Assembly (NCBI GenBank): GCA_964400745.1
Contig: CAYNVY010000004.1
Coordinates: forward strand, 1-61,186
Direction: 5' to 3'
Origin: an uncultured Enterobacteriaceae bacterium
GTDB lineage: Bacteria > Pseudomonadota > Gammaproteobacteria > Burkholderiales > SG8-39
Length of the DNA: 61,186 nucleotides
Positions 10,499-20,045 of this stretch are shown here, piece after piece; the first letter of the stretch is position 1, and the number at the start of each line of letters is the position of its first letter. Under the pieces are notes generated by a model. It was given only the letters and a program-made list of their open reading frames with translations. It did not search any database and had not been told where the DNA came from. The position numbers and the translations under genes are program-made.

Positions 10499-11368
10499 AT
10501 GAAACGTATCATCCTGTTCCTGGTGACCAATATCGCGGTGATGCTGGTGCTGTCGATTGTCCTATCGGTGCTGGGCCTGGACCGCTTCCTGACGGCAAAC
10601 GGCATCAACTACCAGGCGCTGCTCGGTTTCTCGCTGGTCGTGGGCTTCGGCGGCTCCATTTTCTCGCTGCTGATTTCCAAGCCGATGGCGAAATGGTCCA
10701 CCGGCGCGCGCGTCATCGACGGCTCGGAGAGTTCCACAGATTTCTGGTTGGTGCAGACGGTGCACACGCTTGCGGACAAGGCGGGCATCGGCCGTCCCGA
10801 CGTGGCGGTCTACGAAGGCGAGCCCAACGCCTTCGCCACCGGAGCTTTCAAGAACAGCGCGCTGGTCGCGGTTTCGACCGGATTGCTGCAATCGATGAGC
10901 CGGGAGGAAGTCGAGGCGGTGCTCGGGCATGAAATCGGCCACGTGGCCAACGGCGACATGATCACCCTCACCCTGATCCAGGGCGTGGTGAACACCTTCG
11001 TCATATTCCTGTCTCGCGTCATCGGCTACTTCGTCGACAAGGTCGTGTTCAAGACCGAGCGCGGCGTGGGCATGGGCTACTACATCACCTCCTTCGTCTG
11101 CCAGATCCTGCTGGGCGTTCTCGCCTCCCTGATCGTGGCCTGGTTCTCGCGCCGCCGCGAATTTCGCGCGGATGCCGCTTCGGCACAACTGCTGGGTTCG
11201 CCCAAGCCGATGGTCAACGCGCTGGCGCGTCTGGGCGGGCTGACGCCCGGGACGCTGCCGCAGTCGATGGCGGCCAGCGGCATCACCGACAAAGGCGGAA
11301 TCATGGCCCTGTTCTCTACGCACCCGCCGATCGAAGAGCGCATCGCCGCGCTGAGCCGCGCGCACTGA
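10499..11368 (+). CDS. htpX: Membrane zinc protease HtpX
   Basis: [38 protein letters not shown]. Confidence 0.95.
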   Translation: MKRIILFLVTNIAVMLVLSIVLSVLGLDRFLTANGINYQALLGFSLVVGFGGSIFSLLISKPMAKWSTGARVIDGSESSTDFWLVQTVHTLADKAGIGRPDVAVYEGEPNAFATGAFKNSALVAVSTGLLQSMSREEVEAVLGHEIGHVANGDMITLTLIQGVVNTFVIFLSRVIGYFVDKVVFKTERGVGMGYYITSFVCQILLGVLASLIVAWFSRRREFRADAASAQLLGSPKPMVNALARLGGLTPGTLPQSMAASGITDKGGIMALFSTHPPIEERIAALSRAH

Positions 11369-11443
11369 GGCGGCGTTTCGGCGCGCGCTGAAGCGGCGTT
11401 CCCACGCGCACCAGCGGGGCCTTGCGCTTGCGCGCCGTGCAAG

Positions 11444-11638
11444 CTAGTCCAGGTCTATGCCCACGATATCGTCGGCTTCGAATTCGTCGGGCACCGTGCC
11501 ATCGCCTATACCGCTGACCATGGCCGCCAGGCTTTCGCTGCGTTTCACGAAATATTCCATGCTGATCGGATCGTAGAACCGCTGGCCTAGTGCAACATCG
11601 CAAAACTTGATACGACGACGGGGGGGAGGAGTAGCCAT
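11444..11638 (-). CDS. Small hypothetical protein
   Basis: 64-aa ORF with protein-like composition in an intergenic gap. Confidence 0.55.
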   Translation of the reverse strand: MATPPPRRRIKFCDVALGQRFYDPISMEYFVKRSESLAAMVSGIGDGTVPDEFEADDIVGIDLD

Positions 11639-11884
11639 GTAGTCTCGCCTTTGACCGGTATCATCAGAGAATAGGGCCTGGAATTCAGCCAGACCTTTTT
11701 CTGACGTCCGGATTGAATCAATCGAATGCGAACCGATATCGCGAACCTATTTCCACCATTTCGCAACAGCCAATTTTAGTTGTTATTCGTCCGGGCGTCT
11801 GCGCTTCGATTGGCGGAATCGCCCGATCCGGAAGAATACGTAGGGCACGCACTTCTACATCCATTGGAGAACCCCGCAGTGATC

Positions 11885-12202
11885 ATGACACATCTCAAGC
11901 GCGGCATTTCCGCCGTTTTTCTCGCCATCGCAGTCACAGCCTTCCCGGGATGCTCGGCCAACCTGCCCAAGGAGAGCGCCGGGGAGTACCTCGACGACGC
12001 CGTCATCACGACCAAGGTCAAGGCTTCCATCGTCGACCAGCCCACCCTGAAAGCAATGGAAATTCACGTCGAGACGCTCAAAGGCGCGGTTCGCCTCAGC
12101 GGATACGTCGCGTCCCAAGCGCAAATCGACAAGGCGGGCGCGGTCGCGCGGGGCGTTTCCGGGGTGCGCTCGGTCAAGAACGCGCTGCAACTGAAGCGAT
12201 AA
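11885..12202 (+). CDS. BON-domain lipoprotein (OsmY-like)
   Basis: Lipoprotein-type signal ending FPGC; DDAVITTKVKA...GAVRLSG...GVRSVKNAL. Confidence 0.88.
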   Translation: MTHLKRGISAVFLAIAVTAFPGCSANLPKESAGEYLDDAVITTKVKASIVDQPTLKAMEIHVETLKGAVRLSGYVASQAQIDKAGAVARGVSGVRSVKNALQLKR

Positions 12203-12308
12203 GCAGCCCCGGCCTGCAACGCCCGGACGGGCGGGGCCAGAATTCGAATACCGCGGCAAATGTCGCGCTGTTTGCCCGATTGCCTGCGCCGCGCTTTGGG
12301 CAGAATCC

Positions 12309-13097
12309 ATGGTGCGCCCGTGTTCGCGCAAGTTCGCTTCGTTCCATTCAAACGAAGTCCTGACACAACTGACGCGAGAGAATGAGTCTGATGTCGTGAG
12401 CCTGAAGTCGGTACAAGAACCTCAGGGTCTGCACCCGCCGCCAACTGCCGCAAAAACAAGCGCCGGCAATGGCATGCCGCCGGCGTCGGGCAATGTCCCC
12501 GATTCCGTGCGCCTGTCCAGCCAGGGCAAGATGTTGTCCAGGATGTCGGAGCTTACGCCGCCGTCGGCCGGGGATGTGCGCAAATTGTCCGAGACCCTGG
12601 CGCGCGAACTGACAAGCCTGTTTCGCGCAAACGGCATAGACGCGAAGAGCAAAGTCGTGTTCGAGGTGGATCCGAGTTCGGGAAAAGTGGGAGTCAAGGA
12701 CAACCGGCAGGACGCCGCAAACATTTCCGAGCTGGTCGCCGCACGTCCGGACATCGGGCGCCAGATCCGGGCGATCGCCGCGCTGAGCACGCATCTGTTC
12801 GTGTCCGAGCAGGGAGCCGATTCCCGCCTTGCCAACCGCATGGCGCAAAGCGCGGCGCAGGTGAACGCCTTCCTCACCGCCTACTCCCCGCCCTCCAGCC
12901 AGGAGAACGGCGCCCAGACGTTCTCGACACTCCCCGACAAGCGCAGCGGGAGCACGGCCGGCATCAGCCATGCGATCGCCCAGTACACCGCAACGGCGGG
13001 CACATCCGCCGCGACCGTGAACATCTCGGTAATCTATTCCGGCGCGCAGATTCAGGTGCATGCGAACGGAACGCCCTGGATCTACTCCAGGGCATGA
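12309..13097 (+). CDS. Hypothetical protein (start uncertain)
   Basis: Long ORF with host-like codon usage; DSVRLSSQGK motif. Confidence 0.55.
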   Translation: MVRPCSRKFASFHSNEVLTQLTRENESDVVSLKSVQEPQGLHPPPTAAKTSAGNGMPPASGNVPDSVRLSSQGKMLSRMSELTPPSAGDVRKLSETLARELTSLFRANGIDAKSKVVFEVDPSSGKVGVKDNRQDAANISELVAARPDIGRQIRAIAALSTHLFVSEQGADSRLANRMAQSAAQVNAFLTAYSPPSSQENGAQTFSTLPDKRSGSTAGISHAIAQYTATAGTSAATVNISVIYSGAQIQVHANGTPWIYSRA

Positions 13098-13122
13098 CGC
13101 CGTGTGATCGAAAGCGCGCGAA

Positions 13123-14037
13123 TTGGAACTGATGACTCCCGAGAAGGATCACTATTCCGTTCTCGGCGTATCGCCGGGCGCCGAAGACGTCGTCGTCAAG
13201 GCGGCATACCGCGCGCTCGCGCAGCGCTACCACCCTGATCGATTCCACGGAATGAAACAACTCGCGCACGCGCGCATGTCCGAACTCAACGAGGCGTATG
13301 CCGTCCTGTCCGACCGGCAGGCACGCAAAGCCTATGACCGCAAGCGCAGGGCCAGAACGGACTCCGGCGCGAGCGAATTCGGCGAGACCGAAGCGACGGC
13401 TCCGCCGGGCGACGATCCGCTAGAGAAGGACTGGCGCATCGCGCTCAACTACTACCCTGACCTGGCCGCGCTCGAAAAGCGCCTGTCCCGGTTCTCCTGG
13501 AAGCTGGCCAATACCTATCGCGCCTACCTGCTGGAGACGAAGCAATTCGACACGCGCGAGGCGCTGGCCGGCCTGATGGAGGACCACTTTCTGCGGACTT
13601 ACTTCGGCGACGACGAACGATGCCTTGGTTTCGCCAGACGGTTGATCCTCGCCAGTCAGCGCAAGGCCGCGCTTGCGCTCAACGAGACCAGGCGGGTCTT
13701 GGGCGACAGCGCCGACATGGGTGCGATCATTGCAAAGATCGGGCGCGATTTCGACCTGCGGCACCTGACCGTGGAGCGCAAGCAGGTTTCCGCCCTCCTC
13801 GCCGAAGCGAAGGCCCCCGCCGCGCCTCTGACGTCCTGGGTGCGATTGCTCAGCGAACTCGGGGGCAGGTTCGACTTCGCTCGCAACACCGTTCAGCCCG
13901 CAAGCGCGTCCGTGGACAGAGCCTGCAAGGCCGAGTTCGACGGCAAGTCCTTCGACTTTCCTTCGGAATACGAGTTCAAATCGTGGTTCAGGAAGGAAGT
14001 GCTGCCGATCGCGGAGCGCCTGGCCGGGACCGGCTAG
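13123..14037 (+). CDS. J-domain (DnaJ-like) protein
   Basis: DHYSVLGV...AYRALAQRYHPD...LNEAYAVLSD. Confidence 0.88.
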   Translation: MELMTPEKDHYSVLGVSPGAEDVVVKAAYRALAQRYHPDRFHGMKQLAHARMSELNEAYAVLSDRQARKAYDRKRRARTDSGASEFGETEATAPPGDDPLEKDWRIALNYYPDLAALEKRLSRFSWKLANTYRAYLLETKQFDTREALAGLMEDHFLRTYFGDDERCLGFARRLILASQRKAALALNETRRVLGDSADMGAIIAKIGRDFDLRHLTVERKQVSALLAEAKAPAAPLTSWVRLLSELGGRFDFARNTVQPASASVDRACKAEFDGKSFDFPSEYEFKSWFRKEVLPIAERLAGTG

Positions 14038-14070
14038 CCCGAACAGGGCGGCCTGCGATGGCGCGCAGAC

Positions 14071-14793
14071 TCACCCTTTGTACATCTTGACCAAAGTCCA
14101 CCCGAAAGCGAACGTAGCGGCCAGCCCGTACCATACGTCCCCGCGGAAAATCATATTCACTCCGCCCAGGATCAAGAGCCCGAAGAAGATGACGAGCAGC
14201 GCAACCGAGCCGGCGACGCTTTTCGCCGGCATGACCGCGTCCCTGTAATAGGCGAAGGCAAACGGCATCAGGACGATAAATGCCAGCAGGAACGAAACCG
14301 CCATCCGCCTATCCGCGAAATTCCCGCTCGCGGCATTTCTCAGCGCCAGCACGACGCAGAGCAAGCCGTTAGACAGGCACAAATGGCCCTTGGCCCGCGG
14401 AGAGAGACACGATTTCTTGGCCTGCTGCCGCCCGGTCCGCGGCTCCCCTGGAGCGTCGCTGGCGTCACCGCGGTGATGCGCCGTCGGCCCGGCGTCCGCT
14501 TGGACGCCCTCCCCGCCGGTACCCGCCGCGTCTTCGGGCTTTACGGCGCGCTGGCGAGCGCTTTCTGCGGCCATCTCCCGGTCGATCCATTCGTTGTGCA
14601 TCTTTCGACGAACCGGGTCGGAAAGCACGGCGTAAGCCTCGTTCAGAATCTTCATGATGCGTTCAGCCTCGTCCCGCCCGCCGTCGAACTTGTCCGGGTG
14701 GTTCTTCTGGGCGAGACTCTTGTAGGCGGCACGGATTACCACCTCGCTGGCATTGCGGGTAACCTGCAGGTTGTCGTAGTGCGTACGTATCAT
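14071..14793 (-). CDS. J-domain membrane protein
   Basis: THYDNLQV...AYKSLAQKNHPD...LNEAYAVLSD; about four C-terminal hydrophobic segments. Confidence 0.85.
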   Translation of the reverse strand: MIRTHYDNLQVTRNASEVVIRAAYKSLAQKNHPDKFDGGRDEAERIMKILNEAYAVLSDPVRRKMHNEWIDREMAAESARQRAVKPEDAAGTGGEGVQADAGPTAHHRGDASDAPGEPRTGRQQAKKSCLSPRAKGHLCLSNGLLCVVLALRNAASGNFADRRMAVSFLLAFIVLMPFAFAYYRDAVMPAKSVAGSVALLVIFFGLLILGGVNMIFRGDVWYGLAATFAFGWTLVKMYKG

Positions 14794-14960
14794 GGCGGCA
14801 GAAATAGTCAGAAGTCGAAAGCATGACCTCTATCGCGAGCTTACTAGCCCCTGCGACCGGTCTTTCTTGCGAATAGCGCTGGAATACGGGCGCTAAGCGC
14901 GGGAATCGGCTGAGCCGCAGGCGGCTATGGCGCAAAATGCGGGCATATTCACCCGTGCCG

Positions 14961-15689
14961 TCAACGGCTTGCGGAATTTCGGGCGCGCTCGATCACAGGC
15001 CTCAAGGCGTCGCTCCAGATTCGATTTCCGGTGCTGTTGAGATGAATGCCGTCGCCGACTTGAACCAGCGCCGAGAGCTGTCCGCCGGCGTCCATCAGAT
15101 CCTTGCCGGCATCGACGAAGACGCACCGGGCATCCCCGGCGCAAAGCGCGCCCAGCGCGAGATTCAGGTCTCTGATTCTGGCGTTGGTAACCGGCCTGGG
15201 CGACATCATCGCTTCGTGCACCGGCAATACCGCGCTGCACACGATCGCGACATGCGGCGGAAGGGCGGCCAGAATACGCCCGTAGTTGCGGACGATTTCC
15301 CGGTTGTCGCGAAATCGCATGTCGACCGCGCCGATCGCCAATACCACTGCCGACGCGCGATACACGGACCGATAAGTGCCTAACCTCCCGAGCACGCCGA
15401 CGGTCGTATCGCTTCCGATTCCGTAGTTGACCGATGGGCGGGCCACGGCGTCGACGTAAAGCCCCTGGGTCAGGCTGTCGCCGATAAAGATCACGGCGTT
15501 GTCCGGCACGTTTGCGTCCATGCGGCCGTGATACTGCACCATGCCTCTGTAGTGGTCGGTGATCTCCTCGGCTCGCTCCACCCACCCGAGTTTTCGCTCC
15601 AAGCGCGGCAGAAAATCGGACTTCCACAAAACGATGGCGAAAAGTGCGTGAAGGAGAACTACGTAGGCAATGAGGGTGGTGCGTCGCAT
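14961..15689 (-). CDS. SGNH/GDSL hydrolase with N-terminal anchor
   Basis: FIGDSLT, NYGIGSDT, DGIHLN. Confidence 0.88.
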   Translation of the reverse strand: MRRTTLIAYVVLLHALFAIVLWKSDFLPRLERKLGWVERAEEITDHYRGMVQYHGRMDANVPDNAVIFIGDSLTQGLYVDAVARPSVNYGIGSDTTVGVLGRLGTYRSVYRASAVVLAIGAVDMRFRDNREIVRNYGRILAALPPHVAIVCSAVLPVHEAMMSPRPVTNARIRDLNLALGALCAGDARCVFVDAGKDLMDAGGQLSALVQVGDGIHLNSTGNRIWSDALRPVIERARNSASR

Positions 15690-15928
15690 ATCACCTCGAC
15701 CCAGCGATTGGAATGTGGAAAGACCGTTATGCGGCGCTCCGATTGGAAAAATGTAATTCAGTCGCGGCCAAAAGGCGCCACTCGAGCAATGAAAATGGAC
15801 TTCACATTTGTCAATTCCGCGTCATTTTCAATTGAGAGTCCGAATCTTCCGGTGGACGGGAGAGCATCCCGGGTTGTCGCCTTTTTACGGGATATTCCGT
15901 CTATCCGGACGTATAGCTTCGCCGCGCT

Positions 15929-17509
15929 TCAACCTAAGGGAGACATATCACGCATTGTCAATTTGAATTGCGCTCTCGAATGCTCCAATGCGTTCGTCGC
16001 TTTGATTGCTTCGATTAGGGCGTCGACGTCTGAAAAGTCAAAGGCGATTGTCCAGCGCTGCATCAGAGCGAGGGCGCGAATGAAACCGGCAGGATCGTTC
16101 TGATGCGTCAGCTGACGCTGACAATCTACATATTCTTCATGAAATAGCGTTGGGATGATGATCCGTGCATCGCCGGTGCGCGATAGTTCGGCATTCATCA
16201 CGATTCTTGAAATGCGGCCGTTTCCATCGCTGAAGGGATGGACTTCGGATATGAGAAACGCGTAATAGATCGCGCGCGGCAGGCCCTCTGGTACGCTCCT
16301 AGCCAAGCTCGATCCCTCGATCAGCGTGCCGCGAACGAACTGCGGATCCACAAACCACGTGCCGCCTGCACGATTGGGCTCGATCTTGAAGTGTCCAGGA
16401 GTACATTCGGGCCGCTTCTCCATCATCACGGCATGACGCTTGGCTAATTCAACGGGAAAGTCCGCCCCAAACGGTGGAACGGTGTCGCGCCAGGGCGATT
16501 TAACCGCGAGCGTGAAGACGCCCAGTATGTCGTGCGAGTCCTTCGGACGTTGCTCGACAATGCGTCCACTGAGTGCAATGTCCCTCGCCTCTTCGATGGC
16601 GAATTCGGTGCCTTCGACAAAATTGGAAAAGTACGATTCCAGGAATGCAAAATTCGATCGTGCCGGATCGCGTACTGCGATTGCAGTACGATGCGGGAGC
16701 GGCTCAACCCGAAGCTTTGCGGCAAGAATTTCGAACCGTGCCATGCGCTCCGTATCCACAGGAGTGCCTTTAGCTGTGAGTTTTCCCTCTCTGGTCGTCA
16801 GCACCCCTGCCGTATGCGTTGTGAGGAGCGCGCCTATCAGCTTGTCGAGCTTCTTGAATTCATTCTGAAGCGCCATGGATTTGGCCAGCTCGCGTGCGGT
16901 ATCGCGAAGCTGGTTCAATTCGTCTTCGCCGCCGGCGTTGAGCATCGACACCAACCGTTCCTCGACTGCTTTCGCACCGGCGGATTTTCCATGGGCGCCG
17001 CGCTCGGGCGAGAGATTTTCGAGAAGCTGCCGCGGGCGCGATGCGAAGTAAAGGTGCTCGTTGCCGAATGGGGAATCGCCTGGCAACGGGCCCGATCCCT
17101 TTACCAGAATTGCCCGGACGCCGGGAAGTTCGATCTTGCGGTTGTAGTTGCTTGGGTGACTCAGACAAATGCTGCCGTCCGCTGACAGGCCGCCGTGGTA
17201 GGCGCTGCGATGCGATATGACCGCGCCGGGTACGAGCGCGGCTAGAATGCGGCTCCAGTTGCGGCGAACGATTGCCGCTTGGGCTTCCGGATCGTGCTCG
17301 GCCAAGTAGACGCCCTCTGCGATTCTGGCAAGCTCGCCCGCCTTGGCGCGACGCTGGATCGTCCGGGCCTCATTGCCTGGGGCGCCACGGGTGATGAGGA
17401 CTTCGTCGTGTCGGCTAGCCGCTGGTCTTTCCACGAATCGGCCTTGGAATGTCGTTATAACGCTATAGTATATATCATTTTGACGGTTAAATTCTAATAT
17501 AATTCGCAC
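15929..17509 (-). CDS. Fic-domain protein with AbiEi-like N-terminal region (true start possibly GTG 17434)
   Basis: Intact Fic motif HPFSDGNGRISR; N-terminal GELARIAEGVY...AVISHRSA; visibly lower GC. Confidence 0.85.
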   Translation of the reverse strand: MRIILEFNRQNDIYYSVITTFQGRFVERPAASRHDEVLITRGAPGNEARTIQRRAKAGELARIAEGVYLAEHDPEAQAAIVRRNWSRILAALVPGAVISHRSAYHGGLSADGSICLSHPSNYNRKIELPGVRAILVKGSGPLPGDSPFGNEHLYFASRPRQLLENLSPERGAHGKSAGAKAVEERLVSMLNAGGEDELNQLRDTARELAKSMALQNEFKKLDKLIGALLTTHTAGVLTTREGKLTAKGTPVDTERMARFEILAAKLRVEPLPHRTAIAVRDPARSNFAFLESYFSNFVEGTEFAIEEARDIALSGRIVEQRPKDSHDILGVFTLAVKSPWRDTVPPFGADFPVELAKRHAVMMEKRPECTPGHFKIEPNRAGGTWFVDPQFVRGTLIEGSSLARSVPEGLPRAIYYAFLISEVHPFSDGNGRISRIVMNAELSRTGDARIIIPTLFHEEYVDCQRQLTHQNDPAGFIRALALMQRWTIAFDFSDVDALIEAIKATNALEHSRAQFKLTMRDMSPLG

Positions 17510-17741
17510 TAGTCTGTCGTCATTCTGCTAACAATAGCGACATACCTAGCCAAAAAGTCTTTGGTCCGCTACTTATATTGACCTATTGTCGCTGTATTGA
17601 GCAAAGAATGGGCGGAACGCCCTCCCACCTGTCTGGCGGGCAACAAGGCGGGAAGCGGACGCGCTTCAGTGATGACGTCGCGACACAGCCGCGACACAGC
17701 GATACTTCTGCCGCGCTATTGTGCAATAACGCCTTGATTTA

Positions 17742-17757
17742 ACTGGCGTCCCCAGGG
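17742..17757. repeat. Left att core (copy of tRNA-Glu 3' end)
   Basis: actggcgtccccaggg, identical to 60972-60987. Confidence 0.92.
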
Positions 17758-17872
17758 CAAGGCCAGTCTATTCCGTTGATCTTCAAATCGAGCGCCAAAG
17801 TCGCCTAGCGCGCTATACGAAACATTCCGGCCCTGAACGTCCGTTAAACGAAATCGGGGTCGCACATTTCGC

Positions 17873-18667
17873 TTAAAACAGCCCACCGCCGCCCTGGCGA
17901 ACATCCCAGCTGAATACTACCAGCTCGCGCCGATGGGCGCCGCCGCCGGCCTTCTGGTTGACCGTATAGGTGATATCGACCTCCTCGACCGAGAACTCGG
18001 CGAAGATCCGGCGCATATCCGGGTGGTCGCCGAGGCTGACGATAGCGCGCCCCTGCAGTTGCTTCAGCACCACGGCCAGACGCGTGTACTCCTCGATCGG
18101 GAAGCCGACGCCATAGCCCTCGGTCTGCCAGTACGGCGGATCCATGTAGAAGAACGTGTGCGGCCGATCGTAGCGCGCCACGCAGTCCGACCAGGTCAGG
18201 CGCTCGACGAAGGTGCTGGCCAGGCGCAGGTGCGCGGCGGACAAGCTCTCCTCGAGGCGCAGCAGGTTGAGGCCTGGTGGCGACGTGGTCGCGATGCCAA
18301 AGCTCTGGCCGACGACCTTGCCACTGAAACAGTTGGTCTGGAGATAGTAGAAGCGCGCGGCGCGCTGGATGTCGGTTAGCGTCTCGGGCTGGGTGATCTG
18401 GAGCCAGCGGAACACTTCGCGGCTGGTGAGCGCCCATTTGAACTGGCGCACGAACTCCTCCAGGTGGTGCTGCACCACGCGGTACAGGTTGACCAGGTCC
18501 CCGTTGATGTCATTGAGGACCTCGACTTCGGCCGGCGGCTTGGCGAAAAACACGGCCGCGGCGCCGGCGAACACTTCGACGTAACAGGTATGGGAGGGAA
18601 ACAGACGGATCAGGCGATCGGCAAGACGGCGCTTGCCTCCGATCCAGGGGATGAGAGGGTCAGACAC
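17873..18667 (-). CDS. D12-class N6-adenine DNA methyltransferase (Dam-like)
   Basis: PWIGGKRRLA, YVEVFAGAAAV, EVLNDIN, FYMDPPY; GTG start with GGAG RBS. Confidence 0.92.
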   Translation of the reverse strand: MSDPLIPWIGGKRRLADRLIRLFPSHTCYVEVFAGAAAVFFAKPPAEVEVLNDINGDLVNLYRVVQHHLEEFVRQFKWALTSREVFRWLQITQPETLTDIQRAARFYYLQTNCFSGKVVGQSFGIATTSPPGLNLLRLEESLSAAHLRLASTFVERLTWSDCVARYDRPHTFFYMDPPYWQTEGYGVGFPIEEYTRLAVVLKQLQGRAIVSLGDHPDMRRIFAEFSVEEVDITYTVNQKAGGGAHRRELVVFSWDVRQGGGGLF

Positions 18668-18692
18668 AGCGGATCTCCGTTTAAGGTAGGCT

Positions 18693-18802
18693 CCGCTTGC
18701 TGCGTACGCGGCAGGGAGGCCTTGGCGAAGGTCCGCCATGTAAGTGGCGGGCTGGAGTGGTCGTCCGGGGCTGGAACCCCGGGCGGCCGCCTCCTTCTTT
18801 CT
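18693..18802 (+). ncRNA. Candidate structured RNA in the methyltransferase leader
   Basis: Three consecutive hairpins ending in a U-rich tail (ttctttct). Confidence 0.4.
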
Positions 18803-18823
18803 CGATTACATCATTCGACCAGC

Positions 18824-19066
18824 TTATGCACCGCTTTTGCTACTATCCGGCACTTCGGCGGGGAGCGCCTTCAGCACGTCGTCGATGTGAAGGCATTCTT
18901 TCAAATTCGGGCACGGGTCGCTTGGGCTGGTCGGCGCGATTCTGCCGTTGCAGTAATCATTGTTCGCGACAGCGTCGTAGAGGATGCCGACGACGGGTGC
19001 GCCGTAGGTCGGAATCAAAATGACTTTGTCGCCGTTCTTTGCTTCGCGTCCATTCTTGTAATGCAT
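18824..19066 (-). CDS. Phage hypothetical protein
   Basis: MHYKNGREAKNGD...; strong AAAGGAG RBS. Confidence 0.7.
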   Translation of the reverse strand: MHYKNGREAKNGDKVILIPTYGAPVVGILYDAVANNDYCNGRIAPTSPSDPCPNLKECLHIDDVLKALPAEVPDSSKSGA

Positions 19067-19079
19067 GGTGTTTCTCCTT

Positions 19080-19373
19080 TCACTTGGTTTTGACACACCT
19101 GGTCACGGTGTCCTTGACCCACGCGGCCAAGCCGCTATGGTTTGTTCGGCACTCGTCGTAGACCTCCCGCGCCGCCTGATGGCTGAGCAAGAGGGTTCCG
19201 GCTTTTCCATCCGGCACTGGCGGCGCCATTTCCTTCGGGCACTCGGCCGTCAGGCTTGGCGCCGGCGCTGCTATCTGGCAGGAGGGGGCGGCCCGCTGAA
19301 ATATCGTTCCACCGCAGCCGGCCAGCGTCAGGCAGGCAATCGTTGACATAACGCACATCGGTCCTGATTTCAC
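19080..19373 (-). CDS. o-spanin (Rz1-like lipoprotein)
   Basis: Lipobox LAGC, Pro/Cys-rich, overlaps the Rz-like gene in another frame. Confidence 0.75.
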   Translation of the reverse strand: MKSGPMCVMSTIACLTLAGCGGTIFQRAAPSCQIAAPAPSLTAECPKEMAPPVPDGKAGTLLLSHQAAREVYDECRTNHSGLAAWVKDTVTRCVKTK

Positions 19374-19638
19374 GTTCGATCACTCCTCTGTCGATTACAC
19401 TCCTGGCCTTGCCCTTGCCGATCTTCTCGGCGGTATCGAGCGCAATCTGGTTGGACATGCCGACCGCCTGCGTCAGTGAGTCCAGATCCGCTTTCGTGGC
19501 CGCGGCCTGCTTCACTTCCCACCGTGCGCGCTCTTCCATCACGCCTTCATGCTTGGCGTAGAAATAGGCCCCGGTGATGCCAAGGCCGATGACGAGGAAC
19601 ACCACCAGATAGATTTCCGCGCGGGTGATCGGGTTCAT
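19135..19638 (-). CDS. i-spanin (Rz-like)
   Basis: N-terminal TM helix, coiled region and Cys; lysis-module position. Confidence 0.7.
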   Translation of the reverse strand: MNPITRAEIYLVVFLVIGLGITGAYFYAKHEGVMEERARWEVKQAAATKADLDSLTQAVGMSNQIALDTAEKIGKGKARSVIDRGVIEREIRTDVRYVNDCLPDAGRLRWNDISAGRPLLPDSSAGAKPDGRVPEGNGAASAGWKSRNPLAQPSGGAGGLRRVPNKP

Positions 19639-20045
19639 GTGCCCTCCTGGGGCTTGCCGGTTTCGGTTGAGCTGGTGACGGTCGTTTGCGTCTGGACGTG
19701 GGGCGGTGTCGTGCCTTGCTCGAGGCGCTTCTTGAGCGCGTAAGCCGCAGCAGCCACCCAGGCGGCCATGTACCCGACGAAGTACCACTCCGTCATTCCG
19801 CGGCCCCACAACAGCCACAGGAATCCATACGTGCTGACGAAGTAGGCGCCCCACTCGCGGATTTTTGCGTTATCCGGATAGCCCTGGCGGTTGCTTACGC
19901 AATAGATCAGCTTGAAATTGTCGTACGCCGGATCGCGCGACCAGCGATGCAGGGTATAGCACCAGAACAGGATCAGAATCACGCCCACCACCTGCATCGG
20001 CGAAAGCCCCCTGCAGAGCGCGAGCAGCTCGTCAAACATCGTCAT
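19635..20045 (-). CDS. Holin-like membrane protein
   Basis: About three hydrophobic helices, between the lysin candidate and the spanins. Confidence 0.55.
   Translation of the reverse strand: MTMFDELLALCRGLSPMQVVGVILILFWCYTLHRWSRDPAYDNFKLIYCVSNRQGYPDNAKIREWGAYFVSTYGFLWLLWGRGMTEWYFVGYMAAWVAAAAYALKKRLEQGTTPPHVQTQTTVTSSTETGKPQEGT

Noticed and set aside
15929-17509. Fic gene as prophage cargo
   Set aside because: It lies outside the left att core at 17742.
17873-18667. Restriction-modification system
   Set aside because: There is no adjacent endonuclease; orphan methyltransferases are common in prophages.
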